Source: an uncultured virus (IMG/VR IMGVR_UViG_3300044858_004828) (taxonomy: Duplodnaviria; Heunggongvirae; Uroviricota; Caudoviricetes). Taken from it: 64,000 nucleotides of DNA. Location: IMG/VR virus record IMGVR_UViG_3300044858_004828; one strand, given 5' to 3'. The position numbers and the translations under genes were made by a program. Positions 33,012-42,885 of the stretch are shown piece after piece. How positions within the stretch are numbered: position 1 is the stretch's first letter; each line of letters begins with the position of its first letter. The notes under the pieces are model-generated. The model saw only the letters and a program-made list of their open reading frames with translations. It searched no databases and was not told the origin of the DNA.

Positions 33012-33655
33012 GAGAGTTTATTGAAGAATTCTTCGAATACCTTGACGATGTTCTTATTAAGATCTCTCTTTGAGGAGGATTTGATAAGCTTAACGGCGGA
33101 ATCTCTTTGTCTTTCTGTCCAAATTCCATTTTCAAAAATCCATTCTCTGCCTTCCATGATGCCGTTTACGAAAGCATTTGGGGCTGAAGGATCTGCAACA
33201 ATATCGATTGCTGCAAGCATGAAGTCTTCTTGGACCTCTTGGAATCCGTTACGGGCCTTAAGAGAACCCATACCTCTTGTGGAAACACCGAGTTGGGCAC
33301 CTTCGTCAATCAAATTCTTGACAATACGGCCCATTGGGGTATCTAATACTTTAGCTTTTCCGTAGATATTATTTCCATCTTCGTGAAGATCTTTTACGAT
33401 ATGGGATACACGGTCAAGGTTTACTGTCGGGCCAGTTGGATGGTTTAGCTCACCCAAAGCACGGCCTTTGTTGACATATTCATTGATATACCGCCCAGTT
33501 TCCTTTGTCAAAATGTTCTTTGGATAGATTCTTCCGTTGCGGTTTTTTTGTTCGGCTTGCATGAAAATGCCTTCGATGAAATAATGTTTTTCACCGTTTC
33601 CGACATTTTCTTTGATATACTTGATGTCTTCAGTTAGTTCTGTTATCAGCTTCAT
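33008..33655 (-). CDS. gp21: Prohead protease
   Basis: MKLITE, IEGIFMQAE.KNRNGRIYP, ALGELNHP, GVSTRGMGSL, DIVADPSAP.AFV. Confidence 0.98.
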   Translation of the reverse strand: MKLITELTEDIKYIKENVGNGEKHYFIEGIFMQAEQKNRNGRIYPKNILTKETGRYINEYVNKGRALGELNHPTGPTVNLDRVSHIVKDLHEDGNNIYGKAKVLDTPMGRIVKNLIDEGAQLGVSTRGMGSLKARNGFQEVQEDFMLAAIDIVADPSAPNAFVNGIMEGREWIFENGIWTERQRDSAVKLIKSSSKRDLNKNIVKVFEEFFNKLS

Positions 33656-33809
33656 TGGTTGGTCTCATTAAGTTTTGTGCGACTGTTTTGTATTGCTCTT
33701 GTAATTTGCTAGCAACCTTTGTGTACAGTGTTTGAGAAGCAGTATCCTTAAAAGAAACTGCGTTCTCTTCAATTGCACTCTTAATCATTTCTCTGATATT
33801 ATTTTTCAT
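33630..33809 (-). CDS. Small prohead core protein (gp67-like), 59 aa
   Basis: Not in the track. MKNNIREMIKSAIEENAVSFKDTASQTLYTKVASKLQEQYKTVAQNLM...; ATG overlaps the upstream stop. Confidence 0.7.
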   Translation of the reverse strand: MKNNIREMIKSAIEENAVSFKDTASQTLYTKVASKLQEQYKTVAQNLMRPTNEADNRTN

Positions 33810-34219
33810 AAAAGTCCTTTTGCTGATTTTGAAAATTCTATGTGTTGTTTGAATTCTGTCGGGTTTTTAAAAATGTCTTTTGTTAGTTGAAGACGATTTT
33901 TTGTATTTAACCCCTCAAACAATTTTTTTATGCTTTCAATATCAGATTCAGTAATATTTATAATGCTGTCATCTTTAAATTTAAATTTTCCGGGTTTAAA
34001 TGACTCCAAAAATATAACAAAGTTTTTCAAACTTTGTGTTTCTGGAGTTGTTGACTCTGATACTAAAAGGTTCTCAGATAGAGCTAAAGTTGCCTCTTGG
34101 ATGGAAGCATTCAGTTTAAATGAAAGCGTTTGAACAATATTTTCTTTAAAATAGCTTTCATTTTCCGAAAGCATGCCCTTTATTCCATTTTTTAATAAAA
34201 TTTTTGTTAAAGATTCCAT
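33806..34219 (-). CDS. Prohead core protein (gp67/gp68-like)
   Basis: Lies between portal and protease, where T4 has gp67/gp68. Confidence 0.6.
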   Translation of the reverse strand: MESLTKILLKNGIKGMLSENESYFKENIVQTLSFKLNASIQEATLALSENLLVSESTTPETQSLKNFVIFLESFKPGKFKFKDDSIINITESDIESIKKLFEGLNTKNRLQLTKDIFKNPTEFKQHIEFSKSAKGLL

Positions 34220-35787
34220 TACTGTTCTGCGCTTTCTTCAGCTCCTTGTTGTTGAGCCTGTTGTTGTGCCATTAGAGCCATTTGCTCTGCTTGCATTTTT
34301 TGTCTATCTACTTCCATCTCCTTATCAATAGAACGCATATCTTCTTCTGTTTGACGAAGAATGTTTTTACGGATATATGCAGAAGAGAAATACTTACCAA
34401 CATATGGATCAACAATTGAAATCATTTTCAATCGTTCTGCCAAAATTTCAGCTTCCTTTAAATCCCAGAAATAGTTATCGGTATTAAAATTAAATTTGAT
34501 ATCAATCTTAAGCTGATGCCAATCTTCCTCGGTCATCACACCCTTCAAAAGAAGCTGAACGCGCAAGATGTCCAAGAACATCTTTGAAAAGTGATGTCTG
34601 AGTCTATCGATAAATTTGTAGAATTTAACTTCTTCTCTGGTAATTTCTACAGATCTACCCATATTAAATCCGGTAGATTCTGAAGTTAGGCGGCTAATTG
34701 GAACGTTTAAAGAGTTATAAAGTTTTTTCTTAAAATAATCAACGTCTTCAATTTGAGACATTGCTTGTCCGCCGGGAAGGGTGGTAATTTCGGTTCCTCT
34801 TGATCCCTCTCTTCTCGGTAGCCAATAGTCTTCAAGAACTGAAAGATGGTTTCTTTCATCTCTAACTTCGCCTGTTGCTTGATTGTAGATGAGCTTATTG
34901 CGGAAACGGCTCATCATGTCTCGCATGTATTGTTCGGCTTTTTGTTTTGGTAGCTGACCAACATCGACATAAAACACTCTACGCTCAGGTGCACGTGCAA
35001 TGCGGTAAACTAGAAGAGCATCTTCTAGTTGTCTCAACATGTTTAGTGGGCGGATTGCCTTATGCAGATATCCTAAAACACGTTTTGTATTGAGGTCGAT
35101 TATGCCAGATGGAACGTAAACGACGCTGTCCATGGAAAGTTTTAATCCACCGGGACCAGTCATCATAAAGGTTTCTTTATCGGTGTTGGTATAAAGATAA
35201 TATTCTTCGATGTCGTTTATCAAAGAAATTGTTTGACCGTTTACTTGTTCGTTTTCTTTTTTGATCTTTCTAACTTTTTTAATTTTTAGAGGATCAATTG
35301 GAACTAGCTCTTTGATGCCTTCAGTAGGCAAATCTTTGTCAATTACGATATTATAAAAAATCTTTGAATCGATATACCAACGTCTAAAAACTTCATAAGA
35401 TTTATTATTAAAATCTAAAAGATGTATGATTCTATCAAATTCTCTGTATATCTTATTTTTAATAACGTCAGAAACTGGCAAATCACCCAAATCAAGTTTG
35501 ACGGGTTTTCTGTCTGTTCCCAAAACTATGGATGCGTTTACGATTTCATCAATTGCATTGTCAACTTCTGGATAAATTGACATGTTTCTGTATTGAACAA
35601 CTGATGCGCTTTCATCGCGCATCGATGAGGAATAGTCCAAAGCTGTGCCAAAGAAACCACCAGCTTCAACTGTTACGGTTCCATCATAAACTTCGGGGGC
35701 AGTAAAAGACTGCAGGTTCTTTTCAATTTTATCCTGCTTAGTTGTTCTTTTTTTGCCAAATTCAAATCCAAAAGCTTCTATTTCCAT
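34219..35787 (-). CDS. gp20: Portal vertex protein
   Basis: YRNM..YPEVDNAIDEIVN, RRWYID, YLHKAI, YRIARAPERRVFYVDVG, EDYWLPRREG.RGTEITTLPGG. Confidence 0.99.
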   Translation of the reverse strand: MEIEAFGFEFGKKRTTKQDKIEKNLQSFTAPEVYDGTVTVEAGGFFGTALDYSSSMRDESASVVQYRNMSIYPEVDNAIDEIVNASIVLGTDRKPVKLDLGDLPVSDVIKNKIYREFDRIIHLLDFNNKSYEVFRRWYIDSKIFYNIVIDKDLPTEGIKELVPIDPLKIKKVRKIKKENEQVNGQTISLINDIEEYYLYTNTDKETFMMTGPGGLKLSMDSVVYVPSGIIDLNTKRVLGYLHKAIRPLNMLRQLEDALLVYRIARAPERRVFYVDVGQLPKQKAEQYMRDMMSRFRNKLIYNQATGEVRDERNHLSVLEDYWLPRREGSRGTEITTLPGGQAMSQIEDVDYFKKKLYNSLNVPISRLTSESTGFNMGRSVEITREEVKFYKFIDRLRHHFSKMFLDILRVQLLLKGVMTEEDWHQLKIDIKFNFNTDNYFWDLKEAEILAERLKMISIVDPYVGKYFSSAYIRKNILRQTEEDMRSIDKEMEVDRQKMQAEQMALMAQQQAQQQGAEESAEQ

Positions 35788-35795
35788 TTATTTCC

Positions 35796-36326
35796 TCACG
35801 AATTTGTTCTTGATGTAATATTTGTGATTTCAATGTAATCGTAAACGATAATCACATTGAACGAGCTCAATGTATTGGGCTGCAACATATTTAGAGACAA
35901 CTGAGACACGGATGCTGGCCAACAACCTTGCAATACGAACTCTTTTAAAACATTATTGCCGTTAATGTCTAGATGTTTAATCTTCCAGTTGTATGCTTTA
36001 TAATCATCTCCTCCGGCAAGATCAAAAGATTCGTTTGTTACATGGTTATTAATATTATTATGCCACTTTTGAAAATCTTTCCAAAGATCGTTATCACCAA
36101 CGTCATCTAAGACCGTAAAGGCCCAGTTACCATATTCTCTTTCACCGGGATAATGATATTTTCTTCCAAAATAGTCATATGTTAAAGTTTTTGTTGACAT
36201 TTGTGGAATTATTGTAGATCTAACGTGAAACTTTGTAAACTGTCCTCCTGTAGGAATTCTACCTTCGATTAAAAATCTGTTAGATCTGGTTCCACCTAAA
36301 AAATTTGTTTTAAATTCGTTTAACAT
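35796..36326 (-). CDS. gp19: Tail tube protein, paralog 2
   Basis: GGTRSNRF...GR.YHYPGERE...WAFTVLDD...WHNNIN...GCWP. Confidence 0.88.
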   Translation of the reverse strand: MLNEFKTNFLGGTRSNRFLIEGRIPTGGQFTKFHVRSTIIPQMSTKTLTYDYFGRKYHYPGEREYGNWAFTVLDDVGDNDLWKDFQKWHNNINNHVTNESFDLAGGDDYKAYNWKIKHLDINGNNVLKEFVLQGCWPASVSQLSLNMLQPNTLSSFNVIIVYDYIEITNITSRTNS

Positions 36327-36857
36327 TTAGACTCCCCATATTTGTATGTTGTCAAATGTTAATGTGACGCTGAAAGCAACAAAGTTACTTTCACCCATAT
36401 TTAAATTAATTTCTCCAACTACACTTGGCCAACATTTATATAGAGTTATTCTTCGGAGAGTATCTTCTCCGTTAACATCCAAATGTCTAACTTCCCACGT
36501 AGTTTGGTATCGTGTGTAATTGTAATCGTTTCCCGTTACTCTGTGGGTATAATGACCATCTATTAACTCTTTCCATTTTTGGAAAGCGGTCCACAAGTTT
36601 TGCGAATTTCCGTCGTCATAAACTCCAACAGTCCAAGGGCTATATTGTCTATCTCCAGCAAAATTTATAAGACGACCCCTATAGGGGACACTGATTGAAT
36701 TGATTTGTACTACAGGCAATGAAGCCGATACTATTTTAAAAGTAGAATCATCTGAGTTTACAGACACACCCTGTGGCCAAATAGGATTTACAACAAACCT
36801 ATTTGATCTGGTTCCCCCATTAAAATTATCTTTAAATAGGCTTATTGAATTGCTCAT
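36327..36857 (-). CDS. gp19: Tail tube protein, paralog 1
   Basis: FKDNFNGGTRSNRF...ASLP...VPYRGRLINFAGDRQYSPWTV...CWPSVVGEI. Confidence 0.92.
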   Translation of the reverse strand: MSNSISLFKDNFNGGTRSNRFVVNPIWPQGVSVNSDDSTFKIVSASLPVVQINSISVPYRGRLINFAGDRQYSPWTVGVYDDGNSQNLWTAFQKWKELIDGHYTHRVTGNDYNYTRYQTTWEVRHLDVNGEDTLRRITLYKCWPSVVGEINLNMGESNFVAFSVTLTFDNIQIWGV

Positions 36858-38137
36858 TATTGTGTGTAGCTTACGTTAATTAAGAAGCTATCTGTTGTCA
36901 GAATTGGTTTAACAACTACATCAATATTGAGGGTAGATGAGTTGTCTGTATTATTTGAAGCATCGCAAATAATTTGCGTTTGCGTTGTATCGATAAACGG
37001 TGCATAAGGATCCAACGCTGTCTGTACCTCTGACACTACTTGATCCCGTGTAGTTTGGTTATTGATATCAAAAACATATTTTAGTGCAATTGTATTGATA
37101 TCCTTTGTCAAGTTTACACGCATTCTGGCTGGACCAACTCTATCATTTACACCTATAGATGCATTTGCAGTAGCACCAACAAGATCTGATCCCAAGAACT
37201 TTGGATTATAATTTACGAAAAAGTTTGCTCTATTTGTTCTAAGAGCAGTCTTTAACGATCCCGCCCAATCAATTGGATTTATAATATTTCCATTTATTAC
37301 TGTTGCACGGTCAAGGCCAGCTACCGTTAAATAGCTTTCGTTTCTATTCTTTGCTCTGGCAAAGAACCCACCAACGTCATTGGTTGCTTGAATTGTGTAT
37401 GTCAGTTTTGTGTTTTCTTGAACAGAACTTGTATCCAAATTTGTTGCAGTTTTTAGACCACATACGTTGAATACGCGTCCAGCAACTGTAATACCTGTTA
37501 CAAACTGAGAACCACCAAATAGTGTTGTAAAGTTTGCTAGTGTGTATCCACCACCAGTAATTCCCTCGGAACCAACTGTAGTTGGATAAATTCCCATTGT
37601 GTATGGCTGATCTTTGAACCAAGCTGCTGCACTGCTATCAAAATATGGGTCAATCATCAAATCAAAGTAATTTCCAGTTTCCTCTGTGTATTCCGAAAAG
37701 CCGGATGCCTTACCCGCAATAACCAAAGTTCCGCCGTAGGCCAGATAATTTATAGCATGTAAAAATTGAGTGCCAGCAGTTTTTGGTGAAAGCTGGGTAT
37801 CAATAACATTAAAAAATCCATAAGTTCCACCAGCTGCAGTTGCAGAAACCAAACATGAAGTAATCCCACCAAGTTGATTTAAATCACCAACCAGATCGTA
37901 TGGGTTAGTATAGACCAGATATTGATCTGTTGTTGCTCCCTTTGGTGTCGTATAAAGGGATCTACCATAAATCAACCAACCAAATAAGCCACCCGGATCA
38001 TTGTTTGCAGCTCCACCAACACCCGTGAAGGATGGTGCTACATACCCGGTTCCCAATTTCATCGCAGTTAAAAAAGGAAAATTTAAATTTTCTTTGGTAT
38101 ATTGACTAGAGTTTACGAAAGAGCTGAGTGATGGCAT
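36857..38137 (-). CDS. gp18: Tail sheath protein, short and divergent
   Basis: AINYLAYGGTL, AGLDRA, C-terminal YVFDINNQTTR...ICDASNN...IDVVVKP; lies between gp17 and gp19. Confidence 0.82.
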   Translation of the reverse strand: MPSLSSFVNSSQYTKENLNFPFLTAMKLGTGYVAPSFTGVGGAANNDPGGLFGWLIYGRSLYTTPKGATTDQYLVYTNPYDLVGDLNQLGGITSCLVSATAAGGTYGFFNVIDTQLSPKTAGTQFLHAINYLAYGGTLVIAGKASGFSEYTEETGNYFDLMIDPYFDSSAAAWFKDQPYTMGIYPTTVGSEGITGGGYTLANFTTLFGGSQFVTGITVAGRVFNVCGLKTATNLDTSSVQENTKLTYTIQATNDVGGFFARAKNRNESYLTVAGLDRATVINGNIINPIDWAGSLKTALRTNRANFFVNYNPKFLGSDLVGATANASIGVNDRVGPARMRVNLTKDINTIALKYVFDINNQTTRDQVVSEVQTALDPYAPFIDTTQTQIICDASNNTDNSSTLNIDVVVKPILTTDSFLINVSYTQ

Positions 38138-38168
38138 TTTGTCCCTTTTTATATCAAATATTTATATT

Positions 38169-39821
38169 TTATGTTGGATACCATATTGCGCCATCTTGTA
38201 CAAACTCATCTCCATCTTCTCCATTTTTATCATTTAGCGTCAATAAAATGTTGTCATCTTCTGGTTTTTGTGCTTCTTCATAGTTAAATTTTGCACTTTC
38301 GATCAAATCCGAGTAATATTCTTGTCGGCTCAACCAAGCAAAAAACACTAAAGTCATTACCAAATCGTCATTGTGGCCTTCCTCAGCCTTAAAGGTATTC
38401 GATCTAGACACAAAGGTTGTCAATTCGTTTATGATTCTTTCATCATTTAACAAAATTTTATCTTCTTCCACCAACCTTTTTAAAATGGCACAACCTAGTT
38501 TTTTGGTTTGAGCTGTGGTTCTCAAACCCATTTCACTCTTTCCCTGCGCAAATCCCTGTGATAGAATCTGACCTTTTCTTCCCAGTATTCTGGTCATCAA
38601 AACATTTTCATACTCCAAATCATTATACAAAATGGATGATACCTGACCCCCAATGTCATTTGTTTCAATTAGAGCATATGCATTATTATACTTTTCACCG
38701 ACTTTTTTGATGACATTTGGAAAATTAAAGGGGCTAACTGCATTGTTTCTGTAAGACGCAACAACTTTATATGGTGCCGAAGTTCCATCAATTACACTAA
38801 ATGCAGAATAATCAGATCCTTGGCCGCGAGAAACGTCTGCCTGTAAAAAGTAAATTTTGTCTTTTTCTGGATCGCCAAAAATTCTAAGCCCATCAGAATC
38901 TTCACTTAGAGGTTGTTCTGGTGCAAGCACATTGAGTTTGGAAGATGATACCAACGTATTGGCAGAACCCAAAAAGCTGCACCCATACTCTTGCTCAAAT
39001 TGATCTGGGCTTGTATTTGCAATCTGTTCTGCAGCCCATGTATCATCTCTCAGCTTTGGATTGCCCGGACTAATTGGTGTTTCTCTCCAGCTTACATCAA
39101 CTGGAATAAATTTGTTTTTAAGTTTATGACCTTCTTGTCGATTGGCATCAACCCAAAGCTTATGAAAATGATTCATGCCGTTTGGCGTAGAAACAATAAT
39201 AAGCTTCGTTGTAGTACCAGCAGAAATTGTCGGATAGGTGGATGTATAAAATTCTTCTGCTACGTGGCTAGGCAAGAAGGCGTACTCGTCAAGCAGGAGT
39301 AGGTTATAAGAGCCGCCACGGATTGCTGTAGAGGATGTAGCGTCACACATGACCCTAGAGCCGTTTTCAAGCTTAAAGCTCGTCTTATTCCATTCTACAA
39401 CTCCCTGTTGCAGAAAATGTGGTAAATTTTCATAAGCAAGTTGAAGTTTTGAAAACAACTCTTCCTTTGCTGTCTTCAGTCTGTTTGCCAGAATAGCGAC
39501 GTTAACGCTTTGATTAAAGCAAATATAATGGCATATGTAACTGGTTACACATGTAGACTTACCACACTGACGTGGCCACTTTGAAATCGTAAATCTGTTT
39601 TTGTGAATAGCGTTTATAAATTTTTGCTGATAAGCATATAAATTAAAGGGAACTACACCCCTATCAAGAGTTTTTACTTTTACGTATTTTTCACAAAAAT
39701 AAACAGGATCTTGAGCACATTTAATATATTCGTCAAGCTGTTCTTTGGTATATTGAAGCTGTACTCCCGGTAATTTTAAATTAGGATTATTCCGGTAACC
39801 TTGGTTGTTGTTTTTGTTCAT
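38169..39821 (-). CDS. gp17: Terminase large subunit
   Basis: Walker A PRQCGKS, Walker B LLLLDEYAF, STPNG, ADVSRG.GSDYS, HNDDLVM. Confidence 0.98.
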   Translation of the reverse strand: MNKNNNQGYRNNPNLKLPGVQLQYTKEQLDEYIKCAQDPVYFCEKYVKVKTLDRGVVPFNLYAYQQKFINAIHKNRFTISKWPRQCGKSTCVTSYICHYICFNQSVNVAILANRLKTAKEELFSKLQLAYENLPHFLQQGVVEWNKTSFKLENGSRVMCDATSSTAIRGGSYNLLLLDEYAFLPSHVAEEFYTSTYPTISAGTTTKLIIVSTPNGMNHFHKLWVDANRQEGHKLKNKFIPVDVSWRETPISPGNPKLRDDTWAAEQIANTSPDQFEQEYGCSFLGSANTLVSSSKLNVLAPEQPLSEDSDGLRIFGDPEKDKIYFLQADVSRGQGSDYSAFSVIDGTSAPYKVVASYRNNAVSPFNFPNVIKKVGEKYNNAYALIETNDIGGQVSSILYNDLEYENVLMTRILGRKGQILSQGFAQGKSEMGLRTTAQTKKLGCAILKRLVEEDKILLNDERIINELTTFVSRSNTFKAEEGHNDDLVMTLVFFAWLSRQEYYSDLIESAKFNYEEAQKPEDDNILLTLNDKNGEDGDEFVQDGAIWYPT

Positions 39822-40251
39822 TATTCACCACTTCTGCATCAACAACATCTTTTTCAGTACTTCTTTCCTTGTTCAATAGATTTTGTAAATCTTTGGTAGA
39901 ACCCACAAATACTGAGTTGTTTGTTTGCTTAACTTCTACTTTTTGGCCTGTAGTGTCTTTTGCCTTTTTGTGTACATCCAATACATTATTATTTAAGTCG
40001 GCCATTGTCTTCAAAAGTATGGCTACTACTTCAAATGCTCTCGGAGAATCAGATTGTGTGGCGACTTTCAAGGCGCTTTCAAGTGCAATGTTTCCTGTAC
40101 CGATTAAATCTTTTATATTTGATTGTACTAATTCGTAATCTTTTTGAAAATTTGCAGAATTAAAAGTACCTCCAGCAGGTGGAGTTTTTGGTTCTGCGAT
40201 CTCATTAACAGGAACAGAAAATAATTTTGCTAAATTTTTATTTACATTCAT
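39787..40251 (-). CDS. gp16: Terminase small subunit
   Basis: KDYE..QSNI...SDSPRAFEV...NNSVFVGSTKDLQ. Confidence 0.92.
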   Translation of the reverse strand: MNVNKNLAKLFSVPVNEIAEPKTPPAGGTFNSANFQKDYELVQSNIKDLIGTGNIALESALKVATQSDSPRAFEVVAILLKTMADLNNNVLDVHKKAKDTTGQKVEVKQTNNSVFVGSTKDLQNLLNKERSTEKDVVDAEVVNNEQKQQPRLPE

Positions 40252-40253
40252 GA

Positions 40254-40916
40254 TCAATCTTCAAACGAAATACTATTATTGTCGCTACTATCAATTGTAG
40301 TCGCGCTATTCACTTGCCCATATATGTATGACTTTGCCAAAAAGTTAAAAGAAGATATATGTATTCTTCTGCTATTAAAATCGCCTTCATACCTATCATT
40401 CAAATTGTTGGAAACCATAACAATCGGAATGTTAACTGGTTGACCAGTTTCATTTAAGGTCAAGGTTATGATGTGATCTGGGACAAAGAAAGGCATTATT
40501 TGTTCTACAACCTGCATCATGTCGTCAACATGGCGGGTGTAGACAAATAAGTTAAAGTTTACGTTTACCGGAATCTCGTTGGCAATTTGTTGACCTGTAT
40601 TTTGGCAAACACCTTGATTCGAAGATAGAGATAAACTTGAAGCAAATCTTGTTCTTCTTCTTGAAGGATCGGGTGTAATGGAATTCATCACGAAGCTTAT
40701 TCTAGGCAACTGATTTTCTATTCTCGTACCATCAGTTATAGAAGATGGATTTAAAAGTCTTTGAATAAACTTTTCTTGTGAAGCATATGTGACAGGAACT
40801 CTCAAAGTTGTATCTGGTCCAGTTTCGTTGTCATGCGCAACATAAATGTTGCTGAAAAGAGTTCCAAATCCGACAATTAGTCGTCTCAAACTTTTATTAT
40901 AGTAATAACCAAACAT
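40254..40916 (-). CDS. gp15: Tail sheath stabiliser / terminator
   Basis: YYYNKSLRRLIVGFGTLFSNI...VPVTYA..EKF...LPRISF...EQIMPFF.P. Confidence 0.93.
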   Translation of the reverse strand: MFGYYYNKSLRRLIVGFGTLFSNIYVAHDNETGPDTTLRVPVTYASQEKFIQRLLNPSSITDGTRIENQLPRISFVMNSITPDPSRRRTRFASSLSLSSNQGVCQNTGQQIANEIPVNVNFNLFVYTRHVDDMMQVVEQIMPFFVPDHIITLTLNETGQPVNIPIVMVSNNLNDRYEGDFNSRRIHISSFNFLAKSYIYGQVNSATTIDSSDNNSISFED

Positions 40917-41584
40917 TAACTAGCTCCTCCGCACCCATCTGCTGGATCATTGGGATTAAAGTCATAAAGGCTGGCTTCGTCATCCAATACGGTATTAATG
41001 CCAGCAGAGGTGCCAAGTATGTTGTTTAGAGGATCAAATGTCACGCCAGCAGTTGTTCCTGTGCTTGTATACGGTTGGTTGATTTCCGAGTATGTTGTGT
41101 CTATCTTCTCGTAGCTGTATGTGAAGAGTTCGGCTGTAATCTGGTACGAATAGAGTTTTCCTAGAGGATAGAGAGGATTTTCATGCTCAACGAAGTTAAT
41201 TTCAAATAAGGACTTCGATAAAGGAAAATAAATTAAATCTCCTTCTCTGGGTCTTATTATGGTTGGATCGATATCGGTTACCTGTTCTTTAAATCTTCTG
41301 CGAGCCATGATAAGATTGATCTTATCTTTAATTTCGATTCCAAATTGAGTAATAACGTCGGTTCCTTCAAATCCTTTATAGGATTGTATGTACATTTCGA
41401 TCACATATGTCTGGCTAAATGAAGATGAAGGATCTTCGCCAAAGAGTCTGTCTATATTAAAATATTGTCTAGGTACGTAGATACAATCTTGACCGACACC
41501 CTGTATCAACTCTACAGTTATATCCTCAACCAGTCTTTGCTCTGATTGATTTGTAGTTAGATTAATATAGGGGTTTATGGCCAT
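40916..41584 (-). CDS. gp14: Neck protein
   Basis: EQRLVED...YVPR...FGED..S.F...RPREGDLIYFP...FEINFVEHE. Confidence 0.94.
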   Translation of the reverse strand: MAINPYINLTTNQSEQRLVEDITVELIQGVGQDCIYVPRQYFNIDRLFGEDPSSSFSQTYVIEMYIQSYKGFEGTDVITQFGIEIKDKINLIMARRRFKEQVTDIDPTIIRPREGDLIYFPLSKSLFEINFVEHENPLYPLGKLYSYQITAELFTYSYEKIDTTYSEINQPYTSTGTTAGVTFDPLNNILGTSAGINTVLDDEASLYDFNPNDPADGCGGAS

Positions 41585-41587
41585 TTA

Positions 41588-42415
41588 TTATCCTATTAGT
41601 GGATCTACTGGGAGTTCGTAGTTCTTGAGAAGCTGTTGTTCTATTTCTTGTATTTCTCTCATAGCCTCCTGCATTATTGCGGGGGCATTCAATTGGGCAC
41701 CACCCGGTAGAGGCATTCCTGTAAACTTCATCAAATTTTGAGCCCATTGCTTTTTTAATACTGCGGCAAAATACTTTTTAAATATTCTATCTTGCCAAAT
41801 TTTAGGATATTCATCTTCACTTATTTTTACATAAGCCTCAACCATCAAATACCGCGACGAATCAAGTTTGCTGTGATCCGTATCTAAGAACAGGCGGTCT
41901 GTAGTTTTGGTATACGTGAACGAGAGAGGATAATTAAAAATATTGTTTACCAATTGAACATACGACATGCTTTCCATATAGGTGGCCATGGGTGCAGATG
42001 GATAACCGGATTGGTTAAAATAAAGACCAAAGAAATCAAATAAAGTCATTTGATACCGCAAGTCGAACATATAGTCTCCGACCTTATAACTTGGAGCGTA
42101 GACTTTAGAAATGCTGACTATATCTGTAGCATTTGGCCAATATCCCGTAACACCGCTAGGATCTGTTCTTACTTGAGCACCAAGAGCTGGCCCAAAGGAA
42201 GTTGTGTCAAAATATTTTCTAGCAACATCTTGTGGCGTAACTTGATATACATAAAGGGCTCTCTGATTAAAATCAAAGTGCCTTTCTTGCATGTAAATTA
42301 AAGCTTCATCCAAACGATCTTCGATCTGCTGGGGATCCACGTTTATTTGGATGACTGGAGCACCCAAACTTCTCATGGTGTAATCTATAAATTCTTGGCG
42401 AGTGGTAATCGGCAT
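41588..42415 (-). CDS. gp13: Neck protein
   Basis: TRQEFIDY..R.LGAPVIQINV...Q.EDR.DEAL...KKQWAQNLMKF.G..LPGG..LN. Confidence 0.95.
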   Translation of the reverse strand: MPITTRQEFIDYTMRSLGAPVIQINVDPQQIEDRLDEALIYMQERHFDFNQRALYVYQVTPQDVARKYFDTTSFGPALGAQVRTDPSGVTGYWPNATDIVSISKVYAPSYKVGDYMFDLRYQMTLFDFFGLYFNQSGYPSAPMATYMESMSYVQLVNNIFNYPLSFTYTKTTDRLFLDTDHSKLDSSRYLMVEAYVKISEDEYPKIWQDRIFKKYFAAVLKKQWAQNLMKFTGMPLPGGAQLNAPAIMQEAMREIQEIEQQLLKNYELPVDPLIG

Positions 42416-42426
42416 CTTAGAAATAT

Positions 42427-42873
42427 TTATGAATTATCAATTATTTTGTTTAAATCATCCATAAATTTTTCTTTTTCTGCATTTCCACCTATTGTTACTT
42501 GTATGTATTGCAGCTTTTCTGGATCGAAGTTTTCTATTTGTTCTTTTCTAAATGCTGTTTCTATTGTTGAAAAGTTTGGATCGTAATTGGTAAATCCGGG
42601 CATCTTTACCGGACAATTAAGAGTTGGATAATCTAATTTTGAATAGTCATTTGAATTTTGTATTAACCAAGTATGGGATTTGTCCCCACAACCGCACTTA
42701 CCACAATAATGCTTTCCCGGAGTGGAGCTATTTCTTAAAAATGGACAAGGCCGGATATCTTCAAATCCAAAACAAGATAAAGCTCTTAATTGCTTTGTTG
42801 GTATGTCTGTTTTATTGTTTGATAATCCGCGAGAAGCCAAAGACGCAGCAAACATTATCATTTTTTTAAACAT
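42427..42873 (-). CDS. Cys-rich hypothetical protein
   Basis: SC...PCPFL...YCGKCGCGDK...SKLDYPTLNCP. Confidence 0.7.
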   Translation of the reverse strand: MFKKMIMFAASLASRGLSNNKTDIPTKQLRALSCFGFEDIRPCPFLRNSSTPGKHYCGKCGCGDKSHTWLIQNSNDYSKLDYPTLNCPVKMPGFTNYDPNFSTIETAFRKEQIENFDPEKLQYIQVTIGGNAEKEKFMDDLNKIIDNS

Positions 42874-42885
42874 AAGACAAACTTG

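Noticed and set aside
29741..39821. Introns, inteins or homing endonucleases in gp23, gp20 or gp17
   Set aside because: The ORFs are continuous and of ordinary length, with no LAGLIDADG, HNH, GIY-YIG or intein motifs seen.
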